Positions 38,589 to 49,772 are shown, counted from the stretch's first letter. The stretch is DNA of 58,882 nucleotides from Gammaproteobacteria bacterium (GCA_002729315.1 PBTW01000020.1:24240-83121); one strand, 5' to 3'. Numbers and translations are program-made. Notes: a model not told the origin generated them from the letters alone.

Positions 38589-39989
38589 TTAAGCTTGCTG
38601 GCCGAGCGCTGTGCTGATGAAGGCGGAGACTTCTCCAAGATCATTGGCGATCACCGAATACCGCTCTTCCCGCTCAAACAAATCGGCAAGGTGAGCGGGC
38701 AGTTCCGGCAGATCCAGCCCGGCAACTGAAATGGCTTCGCTGAATTTTGCGGGATGCGCTGTCGCCAGGGTAATCATGGGCACCTGCGCGTTTTTTCGGG
38801 TCAAACGCCCGGATTCCACGCCGATTGCTGTGTGAGGATCAAGCAGCTTATCCAATTCAGTAGCAGTTTCGCTGATGACCCGACAGGTGGTCTCATCGCT
38901 GACGCTGGCACTGTCAAAAATCTCTTTAACAGCCTGCCATTGTGATTCACTGACGCTAAGACGTTCCTTACTAGATTTGAGCATAAAGTCAGTCAGCTTC
39001 GCCGAATCGCGCCCAAACAGATCAAACAGGTAGCGCTCAAAATTACTGGAAACCAGAATGTCCATACTGGGCGAATAGGTCTTGCTCAACTGCGTCTTGC
39101 TGTAGTCGTTGTTGCTTATGAAGCGATGCAGGATATCGTTTTGATTGGTCGCGACCACGAGCTGGTCGACCGGCAACCCCATCTGCTTGGCCAGATAGCC
39201 AGCATAGATATCTCCGAAATTCCCGGTTGGCACTGAAAAAGACACCTGTCTGTCCGGCGCGCCCAGCCTGAGCGCCGCAGCAAAGTAGTAGACGATCTGC
39301 ATGAGGATGCGCGCCCAGTTGATCGAGTTAACGGCAACAAGCTGACGATCATCAGGCAAAAACGACTGATCAGAAAAGGCAGCTTTGACAATGCGCTGGC
39401 AGTCATCAAAATTTCCTTCGACTGCGAGATTGAAAACATTTTCACCCGGCACCGTTGTCATCTGGCGGCGCTGCACTTCTGAGACCCTCTGATGCGGATG
39501 GAGTATAAAGATATCAACCCGATCTGAGTGACGGCATCCCTCCAGCGCTGCCGAACCGGTGTCTCCCGAAGTCGCCCCCAGAATCACCACCCGCTGGTCG
39601 TTCTTCGTCAGAACATGATCCAGCGATCGACCAAGCACCTGTAACGCAAAGTCTTTGAACGCAAGAGTCGGACCATGATAGAGCTCGAGCAGATATTCAT
39701 TGTCCCTAAGCGCAGTCAGCGGTGCCACCTCCGGGTGACTGAAGCCTGCATAGCTTTCGGTAATAATCCGTTGCAGTTCATCGGGATGCAGTGCATCTCC
39801 GATAAATGGCGAAATTACTTCAAGGGCCAGATCAACGTAGCTGAGATCACGCCAGGAAGCGATCTGCTCCGAACTGAACGACGGCAACTCAACGGGGACA
39901 TATAACCCACCGTCCGGAGCCAGACCGGTCAGCAGCACCTGTTCGAACGACTGCGGTGTCCCGCCGCCACGTGTACTGATATATTTCAC
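38589..39989 (-). CDS. thrC: Threonine synthase
   Basis: MKYISTRGG..., PLP-lysine context GPTLAFKDFALQ. GTG start. Confidence 0.95.
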   Translation of the reverse strand: MKYISTRGGGTPQSFEQVLLTGLAPDGGLYVPVELPSFSSEQIASWRDLSYVDLALEVISPFIGDALHPDELQRIITESYAGFSHPEVAPLTALRDNEYLLELYHGPTLAFKDFALQVLGRSLDHVLTKNDQRVVILGATSGDTGSAALEGCRHSDRVDIFILHPHQRVSEVQRRQMTTVPGENVFNLAVEGNFDDCQRIVKAAFSDQSFLPDDRQLVAVNSINWARILMQIVYYFAAALRLGAPDRQVSFSVPTGNFGDIYAGYLAKQMGLPVDQLVVATNQNDILHRFISNNDYSKTQLSKTYSPSMDILVSSNFERYLFDLFGRDSAKLTDFMLKSSKERLSVSESQWQAVKEIFDSASVSDETTCRVISETATELDKLLDPHTAIGVESGRLTRKNAQVPMITLATAHPAKFSEAISVAGLDLPELPAHLADLFEREERYSVIANDLGEVSAFISTALGQQA

Positions 39990-40001
39990 TCTATTGACAG
40001 G

Positions 40002-41342
40002 CTACGCCTCTCCATCAAAGGGCTCAATCCTAATACGGGTGACCGGGCCGGCGACCTCATCAAGCTCATCGAGCGCGTCCAGCGCGGCGTTGAGTTCCTG
40101 TTCCCGGACCACTTGTGTAAGAATGACAACAGGCACGATTTCAGAATTTTCAGATTCTTTCTGAATAATGGCCTCGATACTAATGCCCCGCCCCTGCAGA
40201 ACAGCAGAGAGTTTCGCCATTACCCCAAGCTTATCCAGCACCGGGATCTTCAAATAATATCCGACCTCAATCTGCTCGATCGGCAATACGTCAAGGGAAG
40301 AATCAGCCTGGGTAGAGCCCAGCGCTGGGCGTATCGGAGCTTTGACGCCAGCCACCCGGTCTCTGGCAAGGTCAATTAGATCAGCGACCACCGCTGATGC
40401 TGTTGCCTCTGCTCCGGCGCCGAGGCCGCTGTAAAGCGTCGACCCGACAAAATTTCCCTGCACCATAACTGCATTACCGACGCCGTTGACGTTTGCCAGC
40501 AGGCGAGTGTTGGAAATCAGCGTGGGATGCACTCGCATCTCCACTCCCCGAACGGTTTTTCTGGCAATACCGAGATGCTTGATCCGATATCCCAACTCTT
40601 CGGCAAAGCTGATGTCGGCCGGTGAGATGCCGCTTATGCCCTCGGTGTAGGTCTTTTCAAACTGTAGCGGTATGCCAAATGCGATAGCGCTCATGATTGT
40701 CAGCTTGTGGGCCGCATCAATGCCTTCCACATCAAACGCCGGATCTGCTTCGGCATAACCCAAGTTCTGCGCTTGCTGAAGCACCTCTGAAAACTCACTC
40801 TGCTTGGCCGACATTTCGGACAGAATAAAATTCCCCGTCCCATTGATAATGCCTGCGAGCCACTCGATATCGTTTGCTGCCAAACCCTCTCGCAAGGCTT
40901 TGATTATCGGAATTCCACCAGCCACGGCGCTCTCAAAGGCGAGCGTGACTTCATTGGCGCTCGCCAGTGCAAACAGTTCGTTGCCCCTCTCCGCAATCAG
41001 GGCTTTGTTTGCTGTTACCACATGTTTGCCGTTGCTCAATGCGCGCTTGATCACCTCGAAGGCCACATCGTAGCCACCCAAGGTTTCAACCACCACATCA
41101 ACCTTAGGGTCTGACGTGACTGAGAGCGGATCTGAACCGGTCTGTGCAACCTGCCCGCAGAGATCGGGCTTCGGTGTCCGCGTCGCAACATTGGTGACCC
41201 TTATTGGACAGCCAGCACGCGCCGTGATCAATGCAGCATTGCGCTCCAACAACGACAGCGTACCACCACCCACGGTGCCGAGACCGCAGATGCCGACTGA
41301 AAAAGTTTCTTTATTTTTTTCGCCCAAGATAGTGCCCGTCAA
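40002..41342 (-). CDS. hom: Homoserine dehydrogenase (with C-terminal ACT domain)
   Basis: VGICGLGTVGGG Rossmann motif and a NAD-binding/catalytic core. The start is uncertain: the TTG at 41342 or the TTG 5 codons downstream, neither with a strong SD. Confidence 0.9.
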   Translation of the reverse strand: MTGTILGEKNKETFSVGICGLGTVGGGTLSLLERNAALITARAGCPIRVTNVATRTPKPDLCGQVAQTGSDPLSVTSDPKVDVVVETLGGYDVAFEVIKRALSNGKHVVTANKALIAERGNELFALASANEVTLAFESAVAGGIPIIKALREGLAANDIEWLAGIINGTGNFILSEMSAKQSEFSEVLQQAQNLGYAEADPAFDVEGIDAAHKLTIMSAIAFGIPLQFEKTYTEGISGISPADISFAEELGYRIKHLGIARKTVRGVEMRVHPTLISNTRLLANVNGVGNAVMVQGNFVGSTLYSGLGAGAEATASAVVADLIDLARDRVAGVKAPIRPALGSTQADSSLDVLPIEQIEVGYYLKIPVLDKLGVMAKLSAVLQGRGISIEAIIQKESENSEIVPVVILTQVVREQELNAALDALDELDEVAGPVTRIRIEPFDGEA

Positions 41343-41500
41343 TTGTGCTTTTTATTCAGACCACCGCCTGCTTCTCAGCAGTTTAAATCGGGAAGTACGG
41401 AGCGTGACCAGATGACTCCCCTGCCTCGAACCGGGAAGTCGATGGCGTAAGCGGCGTTCTCTCAGGACAAGTCCTGACTAATTCTACCGTACAAGCGGGC

Positions 41501-42250
41501 TTAGTTCAGACCTAGCATGGCGGCCAGTCTTTCACTGTCCATATACCCGGGTACCAGGCGACCGTCAGAAAATACCAATGCTGGCGTACCGCTAATACCA
41601 AGCTCGTTACCTAATTGGTAGTGATCTAGAATCGGCGTCTCGCAGCTGGCTGCTGGCAGGTCTTCGCCCTCCTTGGCAAGGGTTAAGGACCGCTTGCGAT
41701 CATCAGAACACCAGACCGAGATCATCTTGTCGTAGGAAGTCGCTGCCTGCCCGCCGCGTGGGTAAGCTAGGTACCGTACTTCAATACCGTAAGCCATCAG
41801 ATCTTCTAGATCCCCGTGCAGAGCGCGGCAGTAGGTACAGTCCACGTCGGTAAACACCGTTATGCTTGCCTTCATGGCATCCGGTGTGAACACGATCATT
41901 TCGTCTTCGGGGATAGCATCAATCTTGTCCAATGCGCGCTGTTGCCGCGAATTCGCTGAAAGATTGGTGAGCCCGCCCGGGCTCGTCGCATACATGTCAC
42001 CCGCAAACAGATAATCACCAGAGATATCGCTGTAGAGCACTTCTCCTGTATTGAGCTCAACCTCAAAAATATTTGGCAGGGCTGTTTGATTCAGGGACAC
42101 GATCTTCAATTGATTCTGAGAAGCCACTTCGATTGCCTGTTCCAGCTTACCGCGCAGAGACTGGTCACTCTGTGCTGAAGCAGGGCCGATCAGAATCAGA
42201 CTCAACAACACTCCTCCCAGCAACCGAACCTCTTGGATTGTCATTCGCAT
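41501..42250 (-). CDS. dsbC: Thiol:disulfide interchange protein DsbC (disulfide isomerase)
   Basis: Signal peptide, thioredoxin active site CTYC and a second Cys pair. Conserved dsbC...recJ neighbourhood. Confidence 0.85.
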   Translation of the reverse strand: MRMTIQEVRLLGGVLLSLILIGPASAQSDQSLRGKLEQAIEVASQNQLKIVSLNQTALPNIFEVELNTGEVLYSDISGDYLFAGDMYATSPGGLTNLSANSRQQRALDKIDAIPEDEMIVFTPDAMKASITVFTDVDCTYCRALHGDLEDLMAYGIEVRYLAYPRGGQAATSYDKMISVWCSDDRKRSLTLAKEGEDLPAASCETPILDHYQLGNELGISGTPALVFSDGRLVPGYMDSERLAAMLGLN

Positions 42251-42407
42251 AGCGTTCTCTCTCCCGACCGGGCCAGGCCGGCGTCACGGTTAATAAGCAA
42301 ATTGTTCAGGGTGTCGGCAGGCGCAATCAATGATTGACGACCACCTGCTTAATGCCCGGTATGTTACCAAGCCAGAGCCCGAGTGTAAGGTTTTGCGGGG
42401 CTGGAAA

Positions 42408-42447
42408 CAAAAATGAGAAGGATGCCGAAGCAGCCTTCTCATTTTTG
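42408..42447 (-). terminator. Rho-independent terminator downstream of rplS
   Basis: A long stem, AUGAGAAGG...CCUUCUCAU, extendable to a CGAA tetraloop with one mismatch. It is flanked by an A-run and a T-run, so a U-tract follows on the minus strand. Confidence 0.65.
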
Positions 42448-42485
42448 TGGGAAATGCCATGCTCCACCTGCCGAAGCGCGGCTTT

Positions 42486-42860
42486 CTAGGCCTGATCGCC
42501 GGTCTTTTTGTCGAGTTTTTCAGAAATTCGCGCCGCTCGACCGGTCAGATCGCGTAAATAGTACAGTTTTGCCTGACGCACGTCACCACGACGCTTCAGC
42601 GTAACGCTGTCTACCAGCGGGCTGAAGTTCTGGAAAGTTCGCTCTACACCCACACCGTGCGAGATCTTACGAACGGTAAAGGAAGAGTTTAGGCCGCGAT
42701 TACGCTTACCGATGACGACTCCTTCGAAGGCCTGCAGTCGCTCGCGATCGCCTTCCTTGATCTTGACCTGGACTACCACCGTGTCTCCGGGGCCGAATTC
42801 GGGAAGCTCCTTCCCCATCTGTTCGGCTTCGATCTTTTCGATGATCTTGTTTTTGCTCAT
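42486..42860 (-). CDS. rplS: 50S ribosomal protein L19
   Basis: [15 protein letters not shown]...FRVGDTV-like core. ATG at 42860 with AGGAG SD. The ORF track start at 42911 lies inside trmD. Confidence 0.97.
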   Translation of the reverse strand: MSKNKIIEKIEAEQMGKELPEFGPGDTVVVQVKIKEGDRERLQAFEGVVIGKRNRGLNSSFTVRKISHGVGVERTFQNFSPLVDSVTLKRRGDVRQAKLYYLRDLTGRAARISEKLDKKTGDQA

Positions 42861-42894
42861 ATTGCTCAACTCCTGACCTGAATGCAGAACCGGG

Positions 42895-43656
42895 TCACGC
42901 TTTGTCCGCACAGTACTCTTGTTTAAATTCTTCCAATAATGCCTGCTGTTCCTTACTTAGCTCAAGCTGGTCCAGCAAATCCGGACGCTTCAGCCAAGTC
43001 ACCCCCAACCGCTGCTTTTTGCGCCAGTGCGCAATTGCAGCATGATCTCCGCTAAGTAAAACCGACGGTACAATCCTGCCTCGATACTGCTGAGGCCTGG
43101 TATATTCCGGAGCGTGCAATAGCCCGTCCACTAAACTGTCCTGAGTCACTGAGCCCTCATCGCCCAGTGCGCCCGGCTGAATCCTGATCAGGGCGTCAAG
43201 CAAAGCCATGGCCGCAATCTCTCCCCCGCTGAGCACAAAATCTCCGAGCGAGAGCTCTTCATCAATCTCAGCCTCAATCACTCGGGCGTCGATGCCCTGA
43301 TAACGGCCGCAAACCAAGGTAATAGACTCAAGTGCTGCAAGCTCAGTCACCTTGTGATGATTGATCCGCTGCCCCTGGGGCGATAGGTAAATGCACCGCG
43401 ACCTTCCGCTTTCCCGCTTACCGAGCACAGCCCGCGAAGCACCAAGGGTTGCCAGCAGCGGCTCTGTTTTCATCAGCATTCCGGGACCGCCGCCAAACGG
43501 TTTATCGTCCACGTTGCGATGTTTGTCTGTGCAATAGTCCCTTGGGTTCCAGAAGGACAGCTTTAGCAATCCGGCTTCGATACCCCGGCCGCTGACACCG
43601 AATTCCGTCAGCGCTGCGAACATCTCGGGAATCAACGTGACAATCGCAACCTGCAT
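42895..43656 (-). CDS. trmD: tRNA (guanine37-N1)-methyltransferase TrmD
   Basis: [13 protein letters not shown]..., with a GGGPGM motif. ATG at 43656 with GGGAG SD. Confidence 0.95.
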   Translation of the reverse strand: MQVAIVTLIPEMFAALTEFGVSGRGIEAGLLKLSFWNPRDYCTDKHRNVDDKPFGGGPGMLMKTEPLLATLGASRAVLGKRESGRSRCIYLSPQGQRINHHKVTELAALESITLVCGRYQGIDARVIEAEIDEELSLGDFVLSGGEIAAMALLDALIRIQPGALGDEGSVTQDSLVDGLLHAPEYTRPQQYRGRIVPSVLLSGDHAAIAHWRKKQRLGVTWLKRPDLLDQLELSKEQQALLEEFKQEYCADKA

Positions 43657-43710
43657 CTTGCCAGCTCCCTTCATTTGCCAGCGATTGAGCGCATGTCTCG
43701 TGCAGCGCAC

Positions 43711-44253
43711 TCAACTCAAATAATCGATATCCCAGTCTACAACCAAACTGACATCGCTCACCGATACTTGCTTCACCACCAAGCCCGTCAGGTAAGGTAT
43801 CAGTCGCTCTCGCTGGTCACAGCTTCGTGCGCTAGGCTGCACCACAAGCACGTCATTGGCCCCTGTTTCCAGTAAACCCGATACTGTACCCAGTATCTCA
43901 CCCTGCAGATTGGTCACTTCCAACCCGACTAGTTCGTGCCAGTAGAACGTGCCAGACTCAAGAGCGGGCAACTCTGAGCTGTTTACCCAGACTTCCTTAC
44001 CAGTCAGTACCCTGCTAACCTCCGGATTGTCGTACCCGGCAAAATGTACCAGCAGTCCCTTAAGTTGCCGCCGACTGGCATCGATCTCTAACGTGCCCAG
44101 TGTTCCGTTCAGCTCTGCACGTAACAGCGGGTAGTCCAGAATATTGTCAGGCGGCGCAGTGTAGGATTTCAGCCTTACCCAACCGCTCACGCCGTGGACC
44201 CGGCCTACCTGGCCAAGCACTACCCTCTTGTCGGCCATCTCCGAGTCGTTCAC
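43711..44253 (-). CDS. rimM: 16S rRNA processing protein RimM
   Basis: VVLGQVGRVHGVSGWVRLKSYT and a PRC barrel. The start is ambiguous (GTG at 44253 or ATG at 44238). Confidence 0.9.
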   Translation of the reverse strand: MNDSEMADKRVVLGQVGRVHGVSGWVRLKSYTAPPDNILDYPLLRAELNGTLGTLEIDASRRQLKGLLVHFAGYDNPEVSRVLTGKEVWVNSSELPALESGTFYWHELVGLEVTNLQGEILGTVSGLLETGANDVLVVQPSARSCDQRERLIPYLTGLVVKQVSVSDVSLVVDWDIDYLS

Positions 44254-44275
44254 AACGGCCAGTTAAACAAGATGC

Positions 44276-44527
44276 TCAGTCCGATGCGGCGGCTGCATCC
44301 TTTGCCAGGCTCGACACCCTGTCACTGATCTGCGCACCTTGGGACTGCCAATAGGCCATCCGATCCAGGTCGAGGCGCAGTCGCTCTTCCTGACCACGCG
44401 CTACTGGATTAAAGAATCCGATCCTTTCAATAAAACGGCCATCTCGGGCGCGGCGACTATCACTCACCGTAATGTGGTAGAACGGCTTTTTCTTTGCGCC
44501 ACCGCGAGCCAGTCGTATTGTGACCAT
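44276..44527 (-). CDS. rpsP: 30S ribosomal protein S16
   Basis: [19 protein letters not shown]... Confidence 0.97.
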   Translation of the reverse strand: MVTIRLARGGAKKKPFYHITVSDSRRARDGRFIERIGFFNPVARGQEERLRLDLDRMAYWQSQGAQISDRVSSLAKDAAAASD

Positions 44528-44693
44528 ACTGTTTTCCTAATCGATTATTTACCAGTTAATTCAGATACTTGGCGGCACCAAAACCAGGCCGAAGGACCCA
44601 CAGTTAAAAAAGGCCGGTATTCTATGTCAAATGTGTAGGTTTTGGAAGCGCCGAAACGGCCGCCACTCGGGACTTTTCCATCGCACGCTACCA

Positions 44694-46094
44694 TTAAAAT
44701 CGCGGAAATTTTCGACCTGGAGGCATTCCAGGCATCCCTCCGGGACCCATCTTGCCCTGCAAGCCTCCAAGCCCCCGCATCATGTTGGCCATGCCGCCGC
44801 CCTTCATTTTTTTCATCATTTTTTGCATTTGCTTGTGTTGTTTCAGCAAGCGGTTCAAATCCTGTATCTGAGTGCCTGAACCTTGCGTAATACGCCGCTT
44901 TCTCGAACCATTTAGAAGATCCGGATTGAGACGCTCGCGCAGCGTCATTGAGTTGATTATCGCCTCCATCTGGCGGAATTGAGAATCGTCAACTTGACCG
45001 GCAGCGCCCGGCGACAGCGCGCCCATGCCGGGCATTTTTTCCATGATGCTAGCAACGCCGCCCATATTCTGCATCTGCTTGAGCTGCTCCTTGAAATCTT
45101 CCAAGTCAAAGCCCTTGCCTTTTTTTATCTTGCGAGCGAGTCGCTCAGCCTGCTTCTTGTCGACCTTCTGCTCTGCTTCTTCAATCAGCGAAAGCACATC
45201 CCCCATACCAAGAATGCGCGAGGCAATTCGGTCCGGATAGAAGGGCTCAAGCTCATCAATTTTTTCCCCGGTTCCAATAAACTTGATTGGCTTGCCGGTG
45301 ATGTGCCGCACCGACAGCGCGGCACCACCCCTCGCGTCACCGTCCGCTTTGGTGAGAATTACGCCCGTCAGTGGCAATGCCTCATTAAAGATCTTCGCGG
45401 TGTTAGCAGCGTCCTGTCCAGTCATGGCATCCACAACGAACAGAGTCTCAACCGGATTTAATTGGCGGTGCAGTACAGCGATTTCATCCATCATCTGCTT
45501 ATCAATGGCCATTCGTCCAGCGGTGTCGACCAGCAACACATCGACAAATTTTTTCTTCGCTTCCCGCAGCGCCGAATCGACGATGGTCAGAGGGGCCTGG
45601 CTGGCGTCGGATAGGAAAAATTCGACGTCGATTTCATTGGCCAGCATCTGAAGCTGCTGAATCGCAGCCGGTCGGTAGATATCTGCACTGACCAGCATGA
45701 CTTTTTTCTGCGATTTAGTCTTGAGCAGTTTGGCGAGCTTGGCTGTCGTTGTGGTCTTACCGACACCCTGCAGGCCCGCCATGAGCACAACCGCGGGCGG
45801 CACAGACTTAAGATTCAACTCTGCGTTGGCAGAGCCCATAATAGCCTGCATTTCGGCCTGGACCAGTTTGATAAAAGCCTGCCCGGGCGTCAGACTTTTC
45901 GACACCTCTTGTCCGACGGCCCGCGTGCTGACCCGGTCGGTGAAATCTTTGACCACTGGCAGCGCGACATCAGCCTCAAGCAACGCACGACGAACCTCTC
46001 GCAGAGCTTCCTGAATATTGCTTTCCGTCAGGGTCGCTCTACCAGTCAGCTTACGAAAGGTCCCGCTTAGGCGCTCAGTTAAATTTTCAAACAC
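44694..46094 (-). CDS. ffh: Signal recognition particle protein Ffh
   Basis: MFENLTERLS..., GLQGVGKTTT, DTAGR and a Met-rich M domain. GTG start. Confidence 0.97.
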   Translation of the reverse strand: MFENLTERLSGTFRKLTGRATLTESNIQEALREVRRALLEADVALPVVKDFTDRVSTRAVGQEVSKSLTPGQAFIKLVQAEMQAIMGSANAELNLKSVPPAVVLMAGLQGVGKTTTTAKLAKLLKTKSQKKVMLVSADIYRPAAIQQLQMLANEIDVEFFLSDASQAPLTIVDSALREAKKKFVDVLLVDTAGRMAIDKQMMDEIAVLHRQLNPVETLFVVDAMTGQDAANTAKIFNEALPLTGVILTKADGDARGGAALSVRHITGKPIKFIGTGEKIDELEPFYPDRIASRILGMGDVLSLIEEAEQKVDKKQAERLARKIKKGKGFDLEDFKEQLKQMQNMGGVASIMEKMPGMGALSPGAAGQVDDSQFRQMEAIINSMTLRERLNPDLLNGSRKRRITQGSGTQIQDLNRLLKQHKQMQKMMKKMKGGGMANMMRGLGGLQGKMGPGGMPGMPPGRKFPRF

Positions 46095-46244
46095 ACATCC
46101 ACCCGCTCATTAATGCCAAAACCGGCGGCAGGGCATTGCCGCTAAGCCCAGATTATAGCTCTATTCGGTGCGGTCGTGAAAAAGAGCTTCTACCACTCTG
46201 GTACATGTGCGACACTCCGTATAAATATAGCCTGTGCGTTACGT

Positions 46245-47060
46245 ATGCAACTTACTCTTATCGCGGGCATTTTTGCTATCGCGCTTTATTCGACCGGTTT
46301 TGCGCTCCAGCTGTCCCGGCTGGCAAACGGCAGGACTGGAGGCCCCGTAGCCGTCAATCGCCTGCCCGTTTTTGTGGCCGGCGGAATGGCCGTGGTTGCC
46401 CATGCCACAAGCGCGTCCGGTGTAATCCACACGAGCACCGGGTACCACTTCGGAATTGTCGAAATCAGCACACTCATCGCTGCTTCGATTTCGCTGCTGG
46501 TATTAACCAGCAGTTTGCGGAAGCCGCTGGACAATCTCTTTCTTGGTCTGTTCCCCCTCGCTGTGGTGGCCATCGTACTGTCGCTCACCGTGTCCAGTGA
46601 CTATCCGCCCACTGATCTTAGTGCTGGCATGGCGAGTCACGTGCTAATCTCAATTCTTGCCTACAGTTTCATGACCATTGCTGCAGTTCAAGCCGGTTTC
46701 CTCGCCTATCAGAACTACCAATTAAAGAATGGACACGCGGGGGGATTCCTTAAACGCTTTCCTCCACTTCAGGCTATGGAGGTCCTTTTGTTTGAATTGC
46801 TCTGGTTGGGACAGCTACTCCTTTCCCTTGGGATTATTGCCGGATTTATATTCATCAATGACATCTGGGGCCGCGACGGCGTCATTCACAAAAGCTTCTT
46901 TTCCGCGCTAGCCTGGATCGTGTTTGCTGTTCTACTCTGGGGTCGCCATCAACTCGGGTGGCGTGGAGCCACGGCTATACGCGGCACGTTGTCCGGATTT
47001 GCCCTGTTGCTGGTCGGGTTCTATGGCTCCAAATTCGTCCTTGAATTTCTGGTCAGCTAA
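46245..47060 (+). CDS. CcsA/YpjD-like inner-membrane protein (cytochrome c assembly protein family)
   Basis: Polytopic and divergent from ffh, as in other gammaproteobacteria. I prefer the ATG at 46245 (MQLTLIAG...) over the GTG at 46176. Confidence 0.8.
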   Translation: MQLTLIAGIFAIALYSTGFALQLSRLANGRTGGPVAVNRLPVFVAGGMAVVAHATSASGVIHTSTGYHFGIVEISTLIAASISLLVLTSSLRKPLDNLFLGLFPLAVVAIVLSLTVSSDYPPTDLSAGMASHVLISILAYSFMTIAAVQAGFLAYQNYQLKNGHAGGFLKRFPPLQAMEVLLFELLWLGQLLLSLGIIAGFIFINDIWGRDGVIHKSFFSALAWIVFAVLLWGRHQLGWRGATAIRGTLSGFALLLVGFYGSKFVLEFLVS

Positions 47061-47117
47061 TCGGACTACGCGGTGAACAAGCCTTTTCACTTATATCGCC
47101 TGGTTATGCCTTAGACC

Positions 47118-48410
47118 ATGGCAGCCGACGACGCTTCACTGGGCATTCTGATTTTGTCTTTTCTGGCTCTAATTGTGGCTTCAGCCTATTTCTCCAGCTC
47201 GGAGACCGGCATGATGAGTCTGAACAAGTACCGTATGAACCATCTTCGCCGGGTTCAGCATGCAGGCGCAACGCGCGCGAGTAAACTGTTGGAGAAGCCA
47301 GATAAACTGATTGGCGTAATCCTGATTGGCAACAACTTCGTTAATTTTCTTGCAGCATCAATAGCCTCCTCTATCGCTATCTTAATACTAGGCGAACCGG
47401 CACCTTTTGCTACCGCAATTGTTCTTACCCTTGTTGTACTGATTTTTGCTGAAATTACCCCTAAAACAATTGCTGCGCTATATCCGGAAAAAATTGCTTA
47501 CCCTTCAAGTATCGTCCTGGGCATACTGCTGAAAGTGCTTTATCCCATAGTGGGGGTAGTCAACTTTGTGTCGAACATGCTAGTCCGTACCCTAGGGTTC
47601 CATCCGCAGGCGGATGGCAGCGATCAGCAGCTTAATCAGGAAGAACTTCGCACCGTAGTGCACGAATCAGAAAGCAGACTGCCAAAAAAACGACAGGGCA
47701 TGCTGCTGAACATCCTCGACCTTGAAAAAGTGCAGGTAGACCAGATTATGGTGCCCCGTAATGAAGTGACGGGGCTTGATATCGAAGATGCGATGGAAGA
47801 AATCCTCGAGCAGATCGCCGGTGCGCAGCACACCAGACTGCCGGTTTATCGCAAAGATATCGACAACATAGTTGGCGTGCTGCACATGCGCAGTGCGGGC
47901 CGGCTAATAAAAACCGAAAACCTCAACAAGGCAGCCATCATTCAGGAAACGACGGAGCCATACTTTATTCCCGACAGCACTCCATTGCATACCCAGCTGT
48001 TCAATTTCCAGAGTAAAAAACTGCGGCTGGCTGTAGTGGTCGATGAATTCGGTGCGGTCAAAGGCATCGTAACGCTGGAAGACATACTGGAAGAGATTGT
48101 CGGCGAATTCACTACCGATTTAGCCGACAGCAACAGAGACATATGTGCACAGGGGGATGGCAGCTATCTGATTGATGGAGGTACCAGCATTCGCGACATC
48201 AACCGCACACTTTCCTGGCAGCTAAACAGCGAATCAGCCAACACCTTGAACGGCATGTTAATGGAGTTCCTTCAGTCAATTCCTGACGCAAGCGTCGGCG
48301 TCAGGCTCAACGGCTACCACGCCGAAATTCTTCAGGTTAAAGATAATGTATTCAGAACAGTTAAAATGTGGGAAGTCACGCCGCAGGAAAACCTGCCGTT
48401 CACCGATTAA
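47118..48410 (+). CDS. CNNM/HlyC/CorC-family transporter (DUF21 - CBS pair - CorC_HlyC)
   Basis: N-terminal DUF21 membrane domain (SSSETGMMSL), a CBS pair and C-terminal CorC_HlyC. Confidence 0.85.
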   Translation: MAADDASLGILILSFLALIVASAYFSSSETGMMSLNKYRMNHLRRVQHAGATRASKLLEKPDKLIGVILIGNNFVNFLAASIASSIAILILGEPAPFATAIVLTLVVLIFAEITPKTIAALYPEKIAYPSSIVLGILLKVLYPIVGVVNFVSNMLVRTLGFHPQADGSDQQLNQEELRTVVHESESRLPKKRQGMLLNILDLEKVQVDQIMVPRNEVTGLDIEDAMEEILEQIAGAQHTRLPVYRKDIDNIVGVLHMRSAGRLIKTENLNKAAIIQETTEPYFIPDSTPLHTQLFNFQSKKLRLAVVVDEFGAVKGIVTLEDILEEIVGEFTTDLADSNRDICAQGDGSYLIDGGTSIRDINRTLSWQLNSESANTLNGMLMEFLQSIPDASVGVRLNGYHAEILQVKDNVFRTVKMWEVTPQENLPFTD

Positions 48411-48439
48411 AGGCAAGTCGGCAATTCATACCAGCGCCT

Positions 48440-49210
48440 TCAAGACGACATCCGTAAAACAGCTACGGTCTCTTCCGAATGTTGAGTCATGTTTTGATAC
48501 CTGAAGGCTTTGAGACTTCTGTCGGAGTCCCCGGCCTGCAACTGCACAGCGAGTGCCAAAGCATACGGTAGCCCGGTGTTCAGCTGCCAGATTTGCCAGC
48601 GCCACTGCGCGGCAGACGATTTGGTTATTTCATTCAAACCAACCCTGTTTTTTGAAAATGTATACGCAAAACTTTTCAGCGGAATGGCGAGGCCCAGCCC
48701 TCTGGCCTTGATGTAGGCTTCTTTGAGTGACCAGAGCTCATAAAAACGCGATTGCTGAACCGAATCGGGCAGAGCAAGCAGAGCCCGGATTTCTTCGTTA
48801 GCGAAATAGCGATGGGCAATCTTGGCCACCCGCCGCTTCCTGCCGGTGAATTCGATATCAATACCGAGTTCAGGTGTACGGCTTACAGCCACTACCGCGC
48901 GCCCGTGGCTGTGCGAGAGGTTAAAAAAAGGGGCTTGCACGCCAAGCCCTTCCCTCGGTTGAGGCTTTCCATGGGCGTTGTAAATGAACTGCCAGTCACC
49001 CATGGCAAGACCCGTATATTCACTAAGGCAGATTCTGGTCAGCCATTTTCCTAACATAAATTCAAGACGATGCCGTTGCTGAACAAGCCTTTCGTAGCGC
49101 ATGATTTCATTCGCCTGCAGCCAGCCCCGCGCTTGTTGCGTCAACGCGGCGGGGTCGACGTCTGAGAGCGCTACTTGCCAGATGTGAATTTCGTTCTCAG
49201 GCAGATTCAC
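48440..49210 (-). CDS. 4'-phosphopantetheinyl transferase (Sfp/EntD type)
   Basis: HIWQVAL...FNLSHSHG...GIDIE...WSLKEAYIKARG motifs. I chose the GTG at 49210, which has a GAGAG SD. The ORF track extension to 49417 is Arg-rich and overlaps the upstream ORF. Confidence 0.75.
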   Translation of the reverse strand: MNLPENEIHIWQVALSDVDPAALTQQARGWLQANEIMRYERLVQQRHRLEFMLGKWLTRICLSEYTGLAMGDWQFIYNAHGKPQPREGLGVQAPFFNLSHSHGRAVVAVSRTPELGIDIEFTGRKRRVAKIAHRYFANEEIRALLALPDSVQQSRFYELWSLKEAYIKARGLGLAIPLKSFAYTFSKNRVGLNEITKSSAAQWRWQIWQLNTGLPYALALAVQLQAGDSDRSLKAFRYQNMTQHSEETVAVLRMSS

Positions 49211-49772
49211 GTCGATTCTCTCTTGCTGACACGCTTGGCAAGGCTTCAGTATCGAATAAGCGAACGAGTGCCTTCCGCGTAATGCGCGTTTCTGCAGGGT
49301 TGGCAAAGGCATTATTAACATAACGTTTCCGATCAAGCTCGATCGTCTGATCAACGTAGCTGCGGCAGTAAATCTGAGCTGGTTGAAGTCTCCTGTCCTG
49401 GCAATCAAGTCGCGCACTGCCGAGAATTGGATAGCCCTTCCGGTGATGTACAGAAATCGCTTCCGGCATCATGTCAAGCCCGATTATAAAATGGCAAAAA
49501 CTGATCAGATGGCAGTTTTCTGCCGTCATGTGCCGAACGTTCTGCTGCAAAAAGAAGTCGCAGATCTTGGCCTGCGAATCGAACTCTGCCGACCACCGAA
49601 TGGCACTGAAGCCCCTCCATGACTGTCGCCGGAAAGCGTCTGGCTGCCCAAAGCTGAACTCATACCGACCTAGTAACGGAAAAATACTGACACAACATTG
49701 CGTGTGCACGCCGGCTCTTATCTGTTCATGCTTACAGAGCAACATACCGGCGTTAAACTCTCTAGCGAGCAA
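49197..49772 (-). CDS. Hypothetical Cys/His/Trp-rich protein (orfB), no family recognised
   Basis: 191-aa ORF. The TTG start at 49772 has a strong GGTGAGGAG SD 5 nt upstream. Its stop overlaps the PPTase start by 14 nt. Confidence 0.4.
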   Translation of the reverse strand: MLAREFNAGMLLCKHEQIRAGVHTQCCVSIFPLLGRYEFSFGQPDAFRRQSWRGFSAIRWSAEFDSQAKICDFFLQQNVRHMTAENCHLISFCHFIIGLDMMPEAISVHHRKGYPILGSARLDCQDRRLQPAQIYCRSYVDQTIELDRKRYVNNAFANPAETRITRKALVRLFDTEALPSVSARENRRESA